The notes under the pieces are model-generated. The model saw nothing but the letters and a program-made list of their open reading frames with translations. It did not search any database and was not told the DNA's origin. This document shows, one piece after another, positions 13,891-25,425 of a DNA stretch of 64,000 bases (within the stretch, counting starts at the first letter, position 1; each line of letters begins with the position of its first letter). Source of the stretch: Eledone cirrhosa (taxonomy: Eukaryota); contig OZ024743.1 in NCBI GenBank assembly GCA_964016885.1, forward strand, positions 365,986,001 through 366,050,000, given 5' to 3'. Both the position numbers and the translations under genes were made by a program.

Positions 13891-15299
13891 TATACACACT
13901 TTGCAAGTAAGCTGCTACAAGGACGATTTTTGACTATGAAAAATAGTCAAACATGTTATAAGCCCCTAGAGACAGAAGCCTCTTGAGACAGAAAAATGCG
14001 GACAGCAATGCCACTTTTTTCCCGTCCCTAGGAGCTTATATCCCCAACCTTTTCAACTATTTCATATTTTGCTCAACGCTGTGTGTGCGCGGCGTGTACG
14101 TATGAGTATGTGCTTGTGTGTATGCATGTAAGCCTGTGGATACGTTTACCTTCACCCATAGTTTGATGACTCGACAAAATAGTGGGCGATAAAATATGTA
14201 CTAGACTTGAAATATCATGTACTAGGGTGAATATGATCAAGCTAAATCCCTTCAAAGGGGGTTCCCCAGCATGGCCAAAGTCACATGACCGCAGTCTCAT
14301 GAAGGGATTTAGCTTGATCAAGCAAGTAATAAGATAAATGAATAGGAGAATGCTACTGAAACCGTCCAAGGATGGAGCTATGTTTACTATAAAGCAAAAC
14401 AGAAGCCCAATATGTTCTAGTTAAATTTGTAAATGAAATACTTGAGGGGAGTCATTGAATTCTATCTCGCTTTCTCGTTAATTAAAATGACCTTGTCTCT
14501 CGGAGAAGAAATATCATCGTATAGGTTCTTTAAAATGTAAATAAGGATGTTTATGTGCCAGATTTTATGTGTATATGTGTTTGTTTGGGTGTTTGCGTGG
14601 TCCCAGATGTTCGGATGTCTGGTAGACGTCTTAGATGTTAATTATACTAAGTATATTAGTGTATATATATGCGTGTGTGTGCTCGCGCACGCGCATCAGT
14701 ATGCATGCTTGTGAGAAGGAAAGAATTTTTATATGTATATTGCATAGTAATTAAAAAAATATTATCATATAAATAAGCATCTGCGTTTCTCTATAATATT
14801 TGTACGTTATGCGCACGAATATAGCGACTATATACAACTATTCGGATGTTTATTCAACAGCTATCTAAATAGATGCATGTGTGTCTTAGTTATTATATCC
14901 ATATATGTATTAGACACATATATTTATTTATGTGAGCCCGTATTGATGCGTGTGCAGGTTGCTCTTCGTTCCCCTGACCCTGTGTGTGTATATGTGTGTG
15001 TGTGCGTATGTGCGGAGGCATCTGTCTGTTTTTCTCTCACGCTATTTCATTCATATTTTAACTAACCTACCATTAATTCACATAAATGAGTACTAAATGT
15101 AAATCAGGTCAAACCATCATTTGGGGTGTCCATTTGTATGTTCTTCTACTCGTACAGGTTATTCCTCTTTAAATTTAAAATTCTAATGATTGCCACCTGT
15201 GTGGCCGAAAGTACGGTCTACTATTCATTGTTTTACCCACTTAGAATGTGAAGCTCAATGCAATCACTTCCTATACTCATCAGATACACCGTTAGAAAA

Positions 15300-15485
15300 T
15301 ATAATTGTTTCTACTTTAGGCACAAGGCCAGCAATTATCCCAGTGCATTACTGGTACTTTATTTTATCGACCCCGTAAGGATGAAAGGCAAAGTTAACCT
15401 CGGGGGGATTTGAACTCAGATCATAAAGGGATGTAACTATGCTGGAAAGCATGGCGTCCGACCCTCTACCGATACTGCCAATCCG
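15300..15485 (-). mobile_element. tRNA-derived SINE (octopus-type)
   Basis: Reverse complement of 15624-15810; B-box-like GAGTTCAAATCC; core GCCTTTCATCCTTACGGGGTCGATAAAATAAAGTACCAG. Confidence 0.8.
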
Positions 15486-15623
15486 AATAATGAGTTCTGT
15501 CTGGTTCTACTAAACGTGCACAAATGAAATGCAGTGACTCTCTTAATTTCGTATTTTCCCTCAATCTGCCGATATTTCATCTACAATCAAAACGTTTAAT
15601 TCTCAACAGCTGATTTAAACAGG

Positions 15624-15810
15624 TGGATTGGCAGTATCGGTAGAGGGTCGGACGCCATGCTTTCCAGCATAGTTACGTCCCTTTACGATCTGAGTTCAAA
15701 TCCCGCCGAAGTTGAATTTGCCTTTCATCCTTACGGGGTCGATAAAATAAAGTACCAGTAATGCACTGAGTAATTGCTGGCCTTGTGCCTAAAGAGGAAA
15801 TAATTATTAA
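15624..15810 (+). mobile_element. tRNA-derived SINE (octopus-type)
   Basis: A-box-like TGGCAGTATCGG, B-box-like GAGTTCAAATCC, conserved core; same family at 51010-51210. Confidence 0.8.
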
Positions 15811-15967
15811 ATCTAGTCAGAGGAAGAAGGTTAGTACCAATACAATACATACAGTACATTTCAGGTACGGAGTTTTGAGTCGTAAGACTGGCAGCTTACC
15901 TTCTCAACTACCGTTTTTCATATGTAGTGTCCCAGCAACTCACCTATACGCCTGTGCATACATACAT

Positions 15968-15998
<31 letters not shown>

Positions 15999-17274
15999 TT
16001 CATTCACTTATCAGATATATTGAAACGCACATTGGTCCACACACCACACATTTAATCACATTTAATCACACACGCTCTCGCACACAACTCACACATACAC
16101 TTGCACACCACCCACATCTTGAAGAAGACATTGCTGCATGCAGCACACATAATGAAATATGCAACACATACAATCATACATACGTACATACACCCCGCAT
16201 AATAAAGCACATATGTCACACACACACACTGATGCACACGTCACACATATTGAAACACAGACACGCTCATACATAGATACATACACACACACACATTTTG
16301 AAACACCACTACACGCATACAATACGGACACATACGCGCGACATATATACATACAAATCCATACGCCCAAACACACACGTACACTTACAACTAAAGACAA
16401 TAAACTAAACGTAAGCCCACTTGAAATTGTCTTCTTCCAAACAAGTTCAAATCAGGTTTAAAACCTCGATGTAGCTGCATTATCATCTCTGAAGATAGAG
16501 CATTTCAATATTCAGCTGCTAACTCTCTTAGACCGGAAATTATTGTTCTCTTCACCAACAAACCAGCTTCCAGCTCTCTCATGGCGACAATCTGATAAAA
16601 ACGGTGAGATGCTTTCATTTCGAGCCGACTGACACCGTACTTATAAAGACCGCCAAACAGTATGGTGGGAAAATTGTACTTGCAGACAATACCATTGTTA
16701 TATTTTGTCTCCAAATACCACTTGACCTTATTTATTAGTTAGTTATGAGTAGGATTCAATGTATATGTTGGCCACATGAGTATTTTTTAAAGTCTTAGAA
16801 TGTTCACTCCATTAATCGAAGAATAGTGAAACTGTGGTTTTTAGGTCACAAACGGTATATATATATATATATATAGTAGCATCAATCGTGGCCATTTTTA
16901 TTAAATTTATTTTGTGGTCTCTTGTTTATTCATATATCGTATTAAGCGATTGCAAATGTTTCTTTTTAAATAGTTTAAGTTTTTTTCTCAATGTTATTTA
17001 TATTGCCAACTAATATTAAACAAATAACTGTACATTTTGCTGGATTTCATATTTATTTTAAGTCACACATTAATACGCTTTTATTTAGAAATAGTTGTGT
17101 GTATAAATAGAAATATGACATTATGTTGTAGATATAAAATGTCCAGGATGCAGCCTAAAACAATCTTTAATTAAATAGAATGAGGACTTCTAAGGAGAAA
17201 AAGTTCCTTAATCCTGGTTTAAACATATATGCGTTTTTCTTTTGTATTTTTGGTGTTATTGTTGTTATAATTTT

Positions 17275-17800
17275 GGCAAGCTTTACATGCACGGAAGTGT
17301 CAACATCCAGACTTGTCCGAAATGCACACAGGGCGGCGAAACCGTTTACATGGTATTGCCCAGTGCCCGTACATTGCAGAGTTATATCCAACAACTGCTA
17401 GGACAGTTCCGGCTATCAGCCGGGATAATAGTGAAAATTTAACCGCCACCTACTTTTAGAAGAGACGCACGGCAAGCCTTCTTCTACCTGGTAACTATGT
17501 CAAAGGAAATCGTGTGGTGGAAGGAGAGGGTAAATAGGAAAATGCTGAAAATGTGTTTTATGAAAGATGAGTGAAAGCCGCGAGATTGTCAAGGATGAAA
17601 GGCCTAATATGACTATGCTTTTGTAAGCAGAGGCAAAGAAATCAGAAGACACTTTCAATGTCCGTGAAGTAACAAGGGTTTTGTGTGGGGCTTGTCATTG
17701 GAATTACAGTGCAGTCCCCTACTATCGGAGGACTTGTCTTTGTTGACATATGTTATTGTTTACTTTTTTCTATTATTGTCGCATAGAATATAGAGCGATT
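17275..17800 (+). mobile_element. Degenerate Tx1/L1-type 3' end (C-terminal Zn-finger region)
   Basis: KLYMHGSVNIQTCPKCTQGGETVYMVL...QQLLGQFRLSA resembles the C-terminal CCHC region of Tx1-like ORF2. Confidence 0.5.
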
Positions 17801-18936
17801 GGTAACATTAACGGCAGAACCGCGGCTGATAAAATCGGCATATTACCGTTGGATAGAGAAGAGAATTGGTAGAATGCTGGGTGATGTGTGACAGAATCGG
17901 TAGAAACCCACCTCCCATCACCAATCTTCTAAAGGAGGAAAGTGGACTCAGGAATAACATCTCGATCGCATCAACATACAGAATCGCGATAAATGATAGG
18001 ACAGAAAGAAATGTTATGTTTATGCCAGTGATATGGGGAAATAAAGTAGATTGCCGGATAAATATGTTTTAGGTGTTCTGTTGTATCTCTTTTCTTCCTT
18101 TCTGAGTTTCAATCCTGCTTGGATTTGTTTTGTCTTTCATCCTTTAAGGAGTCGATATAAGAATTACTACATACGCACCGCAGTCAATTCAATCTACAAT
18201 ACACTCTTTTTCAGAAATCTGTGACTTCTCAAATGATATAATTATGTTGATAAGAGGAAGTTTCAGCTTTAATTGTCAGACATGTTATAACTAAATAAAG
18301 AGTAGCCATCCAACTTCGAATTTCCTGTCAATTTGTTTGTATACGACATTAGGTTAGAATAATTCTTATTTAATTAAATTTAAAGTGGTCAACGTATTAA
18401 AAACCTAATTCTCATCTGGCTACTTCCTGTGTGGACTTTCCTAGCTCATTGTTTTTCTGTTCAAATCCTACTGACGTTAACTCGAGCCATTCATCTCTGC
18501 AGAATATGTAAATTAAGAAAACATAATCGTAAAGTTCAGAGGGCAGTAACGAACATCCCTAGCTTCGTGAAGGAGTTAATAAAAGTTCAGACATCTCATC
18601 TCCAAGGTTTTATAAACGGAGACTGAATCATACATTCCAAATATTTAATGATTTAACTTTTTTATTATTAAAGTTTGACTTTCTGTAATTCTTTGGGGAA
18701 AGACGTGAGCGATAAATAGGAAGAGATAATAAAGTACTGGACTGCAGCTTCGTCCTAATATGTTTGGATTTCAAATATTGACCCATCAAGACTTTTTCCC
18801 GCCTCTAGGACTCTGCACTAAACACGATGTGCATATATTTAACGGTGCCAAGCTCTTCTCGTGTCCATATTCGTCATGGTAGACGTTGGCTTGTAACTGT
18901 TCAAACTAAACATCAACCACGTCAATCTCACCAATA

Positions 18937-20319
18937 TTAGAAAACCTGCGAAGAAATGATTAAGTTCATAATAACTATAGAATGGGGATGAAAACTTTAC
19001 ATAATATGATAGGATTTCTCTATTTTCTTCATTAATATGGCAGTAAATTATAATATACAATAAAAAGGGGAACAGAAATGACATATGGTATAAAAATGGT
19101 TATCATATTCGGTATGATATGATATATGATATGCACTGTTAAGTTATATGTTCAAATCCTGTCGGGACCGATGTCGAAATCATAAATACTAGCCAAATAT
19201 TAAGTTCGATGTAATCGATTATATCCGCACCCAAAATATCTAACTTTGCTAGAAATCTGGTTTTTTTTCCTTCCTTCATTAAAAAAAAAAACAGAATTTG
19301 AAGCAACTTCCTCATTTTTGTGGTTTCTTTCTTTTTTCCATAGTTCTCAGCACACAACAAAGTTCTGGCACTGCAGCCAGTAAATTTACTGCATTTTTTC
19401 TTTTACTTCTTTCTCAGCTTTTATAGTTTCTTCTTAAGATACACAGTATATTATTGCATACATACCACATTGCCATTCATTTATATGAAATGATGAATAT
19501 CCGTGGTCACTTACAAACGGATGTGAAGACTTAGAGTTGATTTCCGGTTTTATACTTTGCAAAATACGCTTGAAGGCACAAACAAACCTTGAGTATTCTT
19601 GCTAATACATTATAACAGAAATGCAGTAGCGTCAATTCAATGAAAAATCAACAAACATTTTCACCCTGATTTCAACAAACAAGACTAGAAACGACGACAT
19701 AGCAGCATATGAAAAGGAAGTCTAGTTCATATTTCTAAATATTGCTAATGATTGGAAAATGCAGAGGCATTTCGCATTGTCTAGCTTGGCAAAAATGATT
19801 TGATAGTTGAGTTGAAAATGCTTGTGTGGGGAGAATCAATATGTAGTAGGCACATGAAAGGAAAGACATAAAATATGAAGGACTTGTGTAGGGAAAGGGT
19901 ATTGCAGTGTTCGATGGTTGAAGAGGAGGTAAAATGCCACGTGTTTGTATCTAGATCCACAATAGTCTACCTAGATAGCAGAGCAATCTAGGTAGATGAA
20001 CTCGAGAGGAAAACATAATCTACTTCATCGGGGATATAACAGAGGCATATAAATAAAAACCAGCTGAAAACAAAGCAACCCCCCCCCCCCCCTATATATA
20101 AAACAAAATACAGACTGTATGGTTGGAGTGAGTTCATGGGAAAGGAAAGGGAAAAAGTCTCGTACAATATTGGCCAAGAGAACATGAACATTTTTTGGTA
20201 ACATTGTATCTCGGCTTCGTTGAAAAGGGCGAATTTGTGAGGTGCCGAAATCGTTGTGATCTGCAATTGACAATTTATGAAGAGAAAGTTTCGCATTATA
20301 TGCAAGCTGTATGTAAAAC

Positions 20320-20362
<43 letters not shown>

Positions 20363-22183
20363 TGTCAAAATTATACTTGAATCTTCGTAGAATTCCAATT
20401 TTCTTCTAAATGTGCCTAGAATAATTATTGCAGTCTACTTTAACGCGTGCATGTCAAAGCGCACTCAGAGCTATTAATATAACATTAAAATCCATTATGA
20501 ACGCAAACAGAAACTCACCAAAGGGTTCGTTAAATTAGATTTAGAACGATATAAATTAATATACTGTAAACTAGCTGGATAAAAAACAATTGAATGCGTA
20601 TATATTAAAATAAACATATACTGGGACACAACTGTGTTTCTCAAAATATTCTCTTTTAAAACTATGCCAATAACAACATCATTTTTGAATGCAACGAATT
20701 GCTTATTCAGTTAGGAATGCAATTATATAAAACACTAGCATTTCCCATATTTAAGGTTAACCTTTCAAATTGTTAATGGTTTAATGATGTAACATTAACT
20801 ACAGTTTTTTTAAAGGGTTACTCGATTTCGTAATATGGAAAATTCATTAAAGTATCTCCCTACCAAATATTTACTGAATAAATAATCCCTCGTTCGTTTT
20901 CCCGTGTATTTATTTCACTTTTAGTAACTATTAGTGATTCATTAAAATAAAATTAAAACTATAAAACAGAGAAAAAAACAAACATACTTTAAAGACTGGC
21001 AGTTTTAATATAAAAATAGAAGATTCGCTGTAGATCCTCTGTGTTAAAATTACCTAAGATCTGTAAACACAAATTCTGAGAAGATCAGAGAAGATAAGGC
21101 AGCACTTAAGCAGCACTGACATCTCCTATCTAGATTGAATAAACTAATTCGTATTAGCAGAGATAATTATTTAACTTCGTTCCCATTAAGTGGGGAGGTA
21201 TTAGTACAACCACTAAAAAAATGTGAAACTGAGCAACATCGAGATAATTGTTACTTAAATAGACATACCGACTAAAATATTTTTATGAAATATGAGCAGT
21301 TATGAAGCTTGGGCCTTTTACAGAAATACGGGCGTAGGCATGGATATATAGTGAAGAAGTTCGCTCCGCAACTACATTTCTTCGGATTCAATTTAACTAC
21401 CTTAGCTATGGAATAGACCTCCATCGGTTTCGAGTTGTTCGATCGACGGAATGACTTACACGAGAAATTAATGTCAATGTGGCTGAGCATTTCACGGATA
21501 CATGTACCACTGACATAATTCTCAAGTGTGTCACAATGTGTAACAACCCTGGCCCTTTGAATGTTTGTCTACAGCAGTCATGGGCAACCTGCGGCCCGCG
21601 AAGCTTTCTGAATGGTTCGCCTAAGTGAAATCTTTCTGGTTTTTTTACCCCAACTTTTCCGCCATAATTTATCTTTCTATCATTCGAGAAAAACAACATG
21701 TACGAATTCTGAAAAAACAAATCAAAACAACTTGAGTTACCGCCTTTTTTTTTTCTTTTTTCTTAATGTGGGCATGAATGTAAATTAATGCTTGCGGCCC
21801 GCCTGATGATGAGCCACATTTCATGCGGCCCGCTTCTCGAAAAGGTTTGTCCATGCCGGGTCTACAGTCTACGTTCTAATGATTTCTGCTTTAGACATGC
21901 GGCCAATTTAGAAGAGCGGATATTGTCTACTCTAATATATAATCTAATATTTCTAAGGAAAATACAAAATTAATAAGTAAATAATAGAAATTAAATGTGG
22001 TCTGCGACAATAAATTCTGTTTAGGGAACTTCGTTAATTTGAATAAACTCCTATGTCATGGAGTACGCATGGGTGTGAGTGTGTAAATATGAGTGTTTGA
22101 TTGTGAATGTGTGTGAGTGTGTGTATGTGTGTGTGTGAGAGAGAGAGAATATGAATGTGTGATTGTGAGAGTGTGTGTGTGTA

Positions 22184-22254
<71 letters not shown>

Positions 22255-22308
22255 GCGCGCGTGTGGGTGTGTGTGTGTGTGTGTGTGCGTGTGCGTGTGT
22301 GTGTGTGT

Positions 22309-22353
<45 letters not shown>

Positions 22354-22826
22354 CGCGCGTGTGTGTGTGTGTGTGTGTGTCTGTGCGCGTGTGTGTGTGT
22401 GATGGTGTGTGGCGTTCGGCTCACAAGCGTAAGGTAATGAGTTCGATTTCCGACGGTATGTTGTGTCCCCGAGCAAACCATTTTATTTCACGTAGATTTA
22501 ATCCACTCAGCTTGGAAAAAAATAGCTGCGTTTGTAATTCTAATGGCCAGCTTTGTCACACACTCTATCACACTGAATATTCCTAAGAATTACGTGTCTG
22601 TAGAATGCTCAGTCACTTGTACGAGCAGACTGACCCGCTGATCGAATCAACTGGAATATTTGTAAGTGGAACCGACGGAGGTCCGACAACATGTATTAGA
22701 TGGATAGCAGCGATGATGTAAACATCACTGAAAAAATCGAACGAATTCATTTGTACCATGTTAGAGAGTTCCTTAACTTACTCACTGTCGGAAATGCAGT
22801 GAACCAATGATTGGCCTCTTGGAAAC
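18937..22826 (-). CDS. Candidate small spliced exons of an unidentified host gene or pseudogene
   Basis: AG/GT-bounded segments 22826-22786, 21509-21460, 20260-20166, 19601-19515 and 18945-18937 join in frame to VSKRPIIGSLHFRHGTCIREMLSHIDINFSYHNDFGTSQIRPFQRSRDTMLPKNVHVLLANIQEYSRFVCAFKRILQSIKPEINSKSSHPFVF*. No family recognised; a second frame is also largely open. Confidence 0.3.
21575..21859. mobile_element. hAT (Charlie-like) MITE
   Basis: Imperfect TIRs CAGTCATGGGCAACCT / AGGTTTGTCCATGCCGG; exact 8-bp TSD GTCTACAG at 21567-21574 and 21860-21867; subterminal GCGGCCCGC repeats. Confidence 0.88.
22070..22401. repeat. (TG)n-rich microsatellite
   Basis: Direct. Confidence 0.9.
22402..22690 (+). 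mobile_element. tRNA-derived SINE, second family
   Basis: GGCGTTCGGCTCACAAGCGTAAGGTAATGAGTTCGATTTCC head. Related reverse copies at ~46760-46940 and ~47660-48010. Confidence 0.6.
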
Positions 22827-23379
22827 CTGTAACGAACGACGTCATTGTTTATCAATTAAGATTATAAAATTTATGAATCAATTAATTAATTATCACTGTT
22901 TTAGAACAAGAAATACCGACTTGCTTAACACCTGGTGCAACAGATTTTATATTGGCAAAGGCAAGGCTGAGCACCAGATTACCACAGACCATAATTACGA
23001 TTGGAGGACAAGGCAAAATATGGAGTCTCTATATGGTCCCATGACCTGCAAGAAATATCAAATAAATCTCCCCCAAATCACACCCTACAGTACTGAAAAT
23101 GGATAATGTAGGCCTAAATACACAATTTCTAAGAGAATAAAACACTTTTGTCTAAAGGTGTTTTTGATTCCCACCTTTAAAATATTAGTAATAACGATTC
23201 CTAACATAAGTTCAAGGTTATCTGTTTTGAGTGGGATTACGACTCCAGTATTTGACCGGCATATATTGTGTAACATTCATGTTAGAATATAAAGAGACGT
23301 AAGTAGATAACGCAAAGCGACATTTTATCGATGTTCTAACAATTATGCTAATCCACCACTCAAACAATGACAATGATAA

Positions 23380-23520
23380 AAATAAAAACAATACTTTCTT
23401 ACATAGGCAGGAGGCTAGAACCTATTGTGGAGAGGGAATCGATTAAAACTACTCCTGTACTTGACTAATACATTGATTTATCGATAGCGAAAGAATGAAA
23501 GGTAAAGTTGATCTCGTAAA
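23380..23520 (-). mobile_element. Degenerate SINE
   Basis: TTTATCGATAGCGAAAGAATGAAAGGTAAAGTTGATCTCG matches the SINE core in reverse orientation. Confidence 0.55.
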
Positions 23521-23589
23521 GGGCAGTAACAATTTTGCCAATACCCGCACTTAAATATAGGCTTCTAATTTAAGTACTAGACAAGGAAT

Positions 23590-24260
23590 TCTATCCCTTT
23601 ATTCGCGTCTTTCCTCATCAGTGTTACTATTCCCCAGGTTACAGAGCTGGAAACTCTCCCGTGTTGTTGCCAGTTGCAGTAGACAGCTACGAGGATATCG
23701 GCTAACTAGTCTGGCATATCAACATAAAATTTGTAGACTTGACTATCCAAACCAAATCTTCCCGTATTTCAGCTGATGTTATCGTCTTTTCTCAGCAATC
23801 CTTATCTTCCGTCGAGGTTGGAACTATAGTCCACCAGTTACATAGTTGAAAACCGCATAAAGAACGAATCGGGGTGGTCTTGTCATGTTACACCTCTACC
23901 ACTGAAACCCATCGAAATGCTTTCTTTCCCTCATGTTTCAGAGGACTTGCCTAAGCTCTTACAATGCAACCTTCGTGTTTCGAATTGATGAAATTGTCCG
24001 GTGCCATTCTCACAGCAAACACGTCGGTTTCAATTCCAGTCACAATCTCTTCGTCTAGTTTAGCAACTAACTCTTCCTCCGCTCTATTTTTTTCTAATGT
24101 TGCTTGTTTACTAAAAGCTATTGTTGATGACTTCTCCAGTTAATCTGATTGCTGTAGAACGCCGGGAACGACGCGTTAAGTTTCCAATGACTGGGGTCTC
24201 TGGCTACACGTTCTATCTAGTCGACCATGCACGTCACAACGCTATCCCTATCTGCTAACC
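23590..24260 (-). mobile_element. Old Tx1/L1-type ORF2 fragment
   Basis: Nucleotide similarity to 25430-25700 (CTCTATTTTT...GACGCGTTAAGTTTCCA...). Confidence 0.55.
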
Positions 24261-24276
24261 TAATAAAAAAAACTAT

Positions 24277-25425
24277 CTAAATACGATCTATATGACGATA
24301 TGTGATTGCATGTGGTGTTGGTGTTGATATTGGTGTTTTTATGGAAGTATTTGTGTTTGTTGTGTGAAAGGTGTCTGCATTTTCTGTTGTGGGTGTCTTT
24401 GTGATGTGTGGAGTTTTTTTGGTGTCTTCTTTTTTTTTTTTTTTTTTTTGTGATAGGTCGGGGAGTGGAAAATCCTCTACAGGCGTTGGTTTTGGTTGTG
24501 GCGTGGTGGATGGTGTAGGCGCTGGTGCTAGTTCTGAAGCGTTGGGTGGTGGTGGTATTGGTTTTGCTACTGTTGCTGGGGTTGTTGCTGTTATAGTTGC
24601 TTCTGTTGTTGCTGCTACAGTTGTTGCTGCCATCTCTGCTACTGGTGGTGTTGATGGTTGAGTCACTGGGGTGGGTAGGAGAGGTGGCCTCAACCTTTTA
24701 GCCTGAGGGCAGAAAGCCCTTAGGTGGGTTCCTTCACCACAAACGACACACCTAGGCCTTCTGCCCTCGACGATTACGGTGAGGTGGCTGCCGTCAGTGA
24801 GGTCTATTACCTCTGGGATCTCCTCAATGCTTTTTTGGTCCGCTTGTATCAGGAGCTCCATCCCAGATCCGGACCAGTTCTCCTGCTTTTCATTCGCTAT
24901 TTCGATTATCTTGGTGTTGGCTTCGATGCCGGCGAGGACGGCAGCTATTAGCCAGGGAATTTCGATGGCCGGTGGAACGTGGGTCACCCTGGTCTTCACG
25001 AGTCTCTGGCCACAATAGCTTGGGACGAGTGTGAAGTCGTCACTTCTTAATGGGGCCATGGAGTGTTCTCTAGCCTCCTGTGGTGTTTCAAAGAACACGT
25101 CCACTGTTCCATATTTCTGCCCACGTCTGATGTGGGGGTTTTTTGCCCACACGTGTCCCAAAGCTTTTTGGATTTGGGACTCGGATGCCCGTTCCACTCG
25201 GCGCGATTTTATGCTAATCGTCCGATAAGACAAGGTGCATAGGCGCCGATGCTCCATTTTATTAGGGGGGGAGGCTGACCCTGTACCCATCTTTCTTTAC
25301 CATTTTTTTGGCTTCTTCTAATTCCTCCTGAGTTACCTGGAATGTTTCGCACTGTTTTGCTACTCTGGCAAAACTCAGGGTGGTTTTCTTAATTTCATTG
25401 TTGCTGTTATCGTTATTTTTGTTAT
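24277..25425 (-). mobile_element. Duplicated Tx1-like ORF1 segment
   Basis: 337-aa open frame nearly identical to ~27020-28005, with CX2CX4HX4C knuckle CVVCGEGTHLRAFC. Confidence 0.85.

Noticed and set aside
15624-15710. tRNA gene
   Set aside because: A/B-box-like motifs run into a repeated SINE body and no cloverleaf forms.
20166-20260. ALFNEAEIQCYQKM resembles a class B GPCR N-terminal helix
   Set aside because: No following CxxxWD motif exon or transmembrane exons found, and all three frames are open, so it is likely chance.
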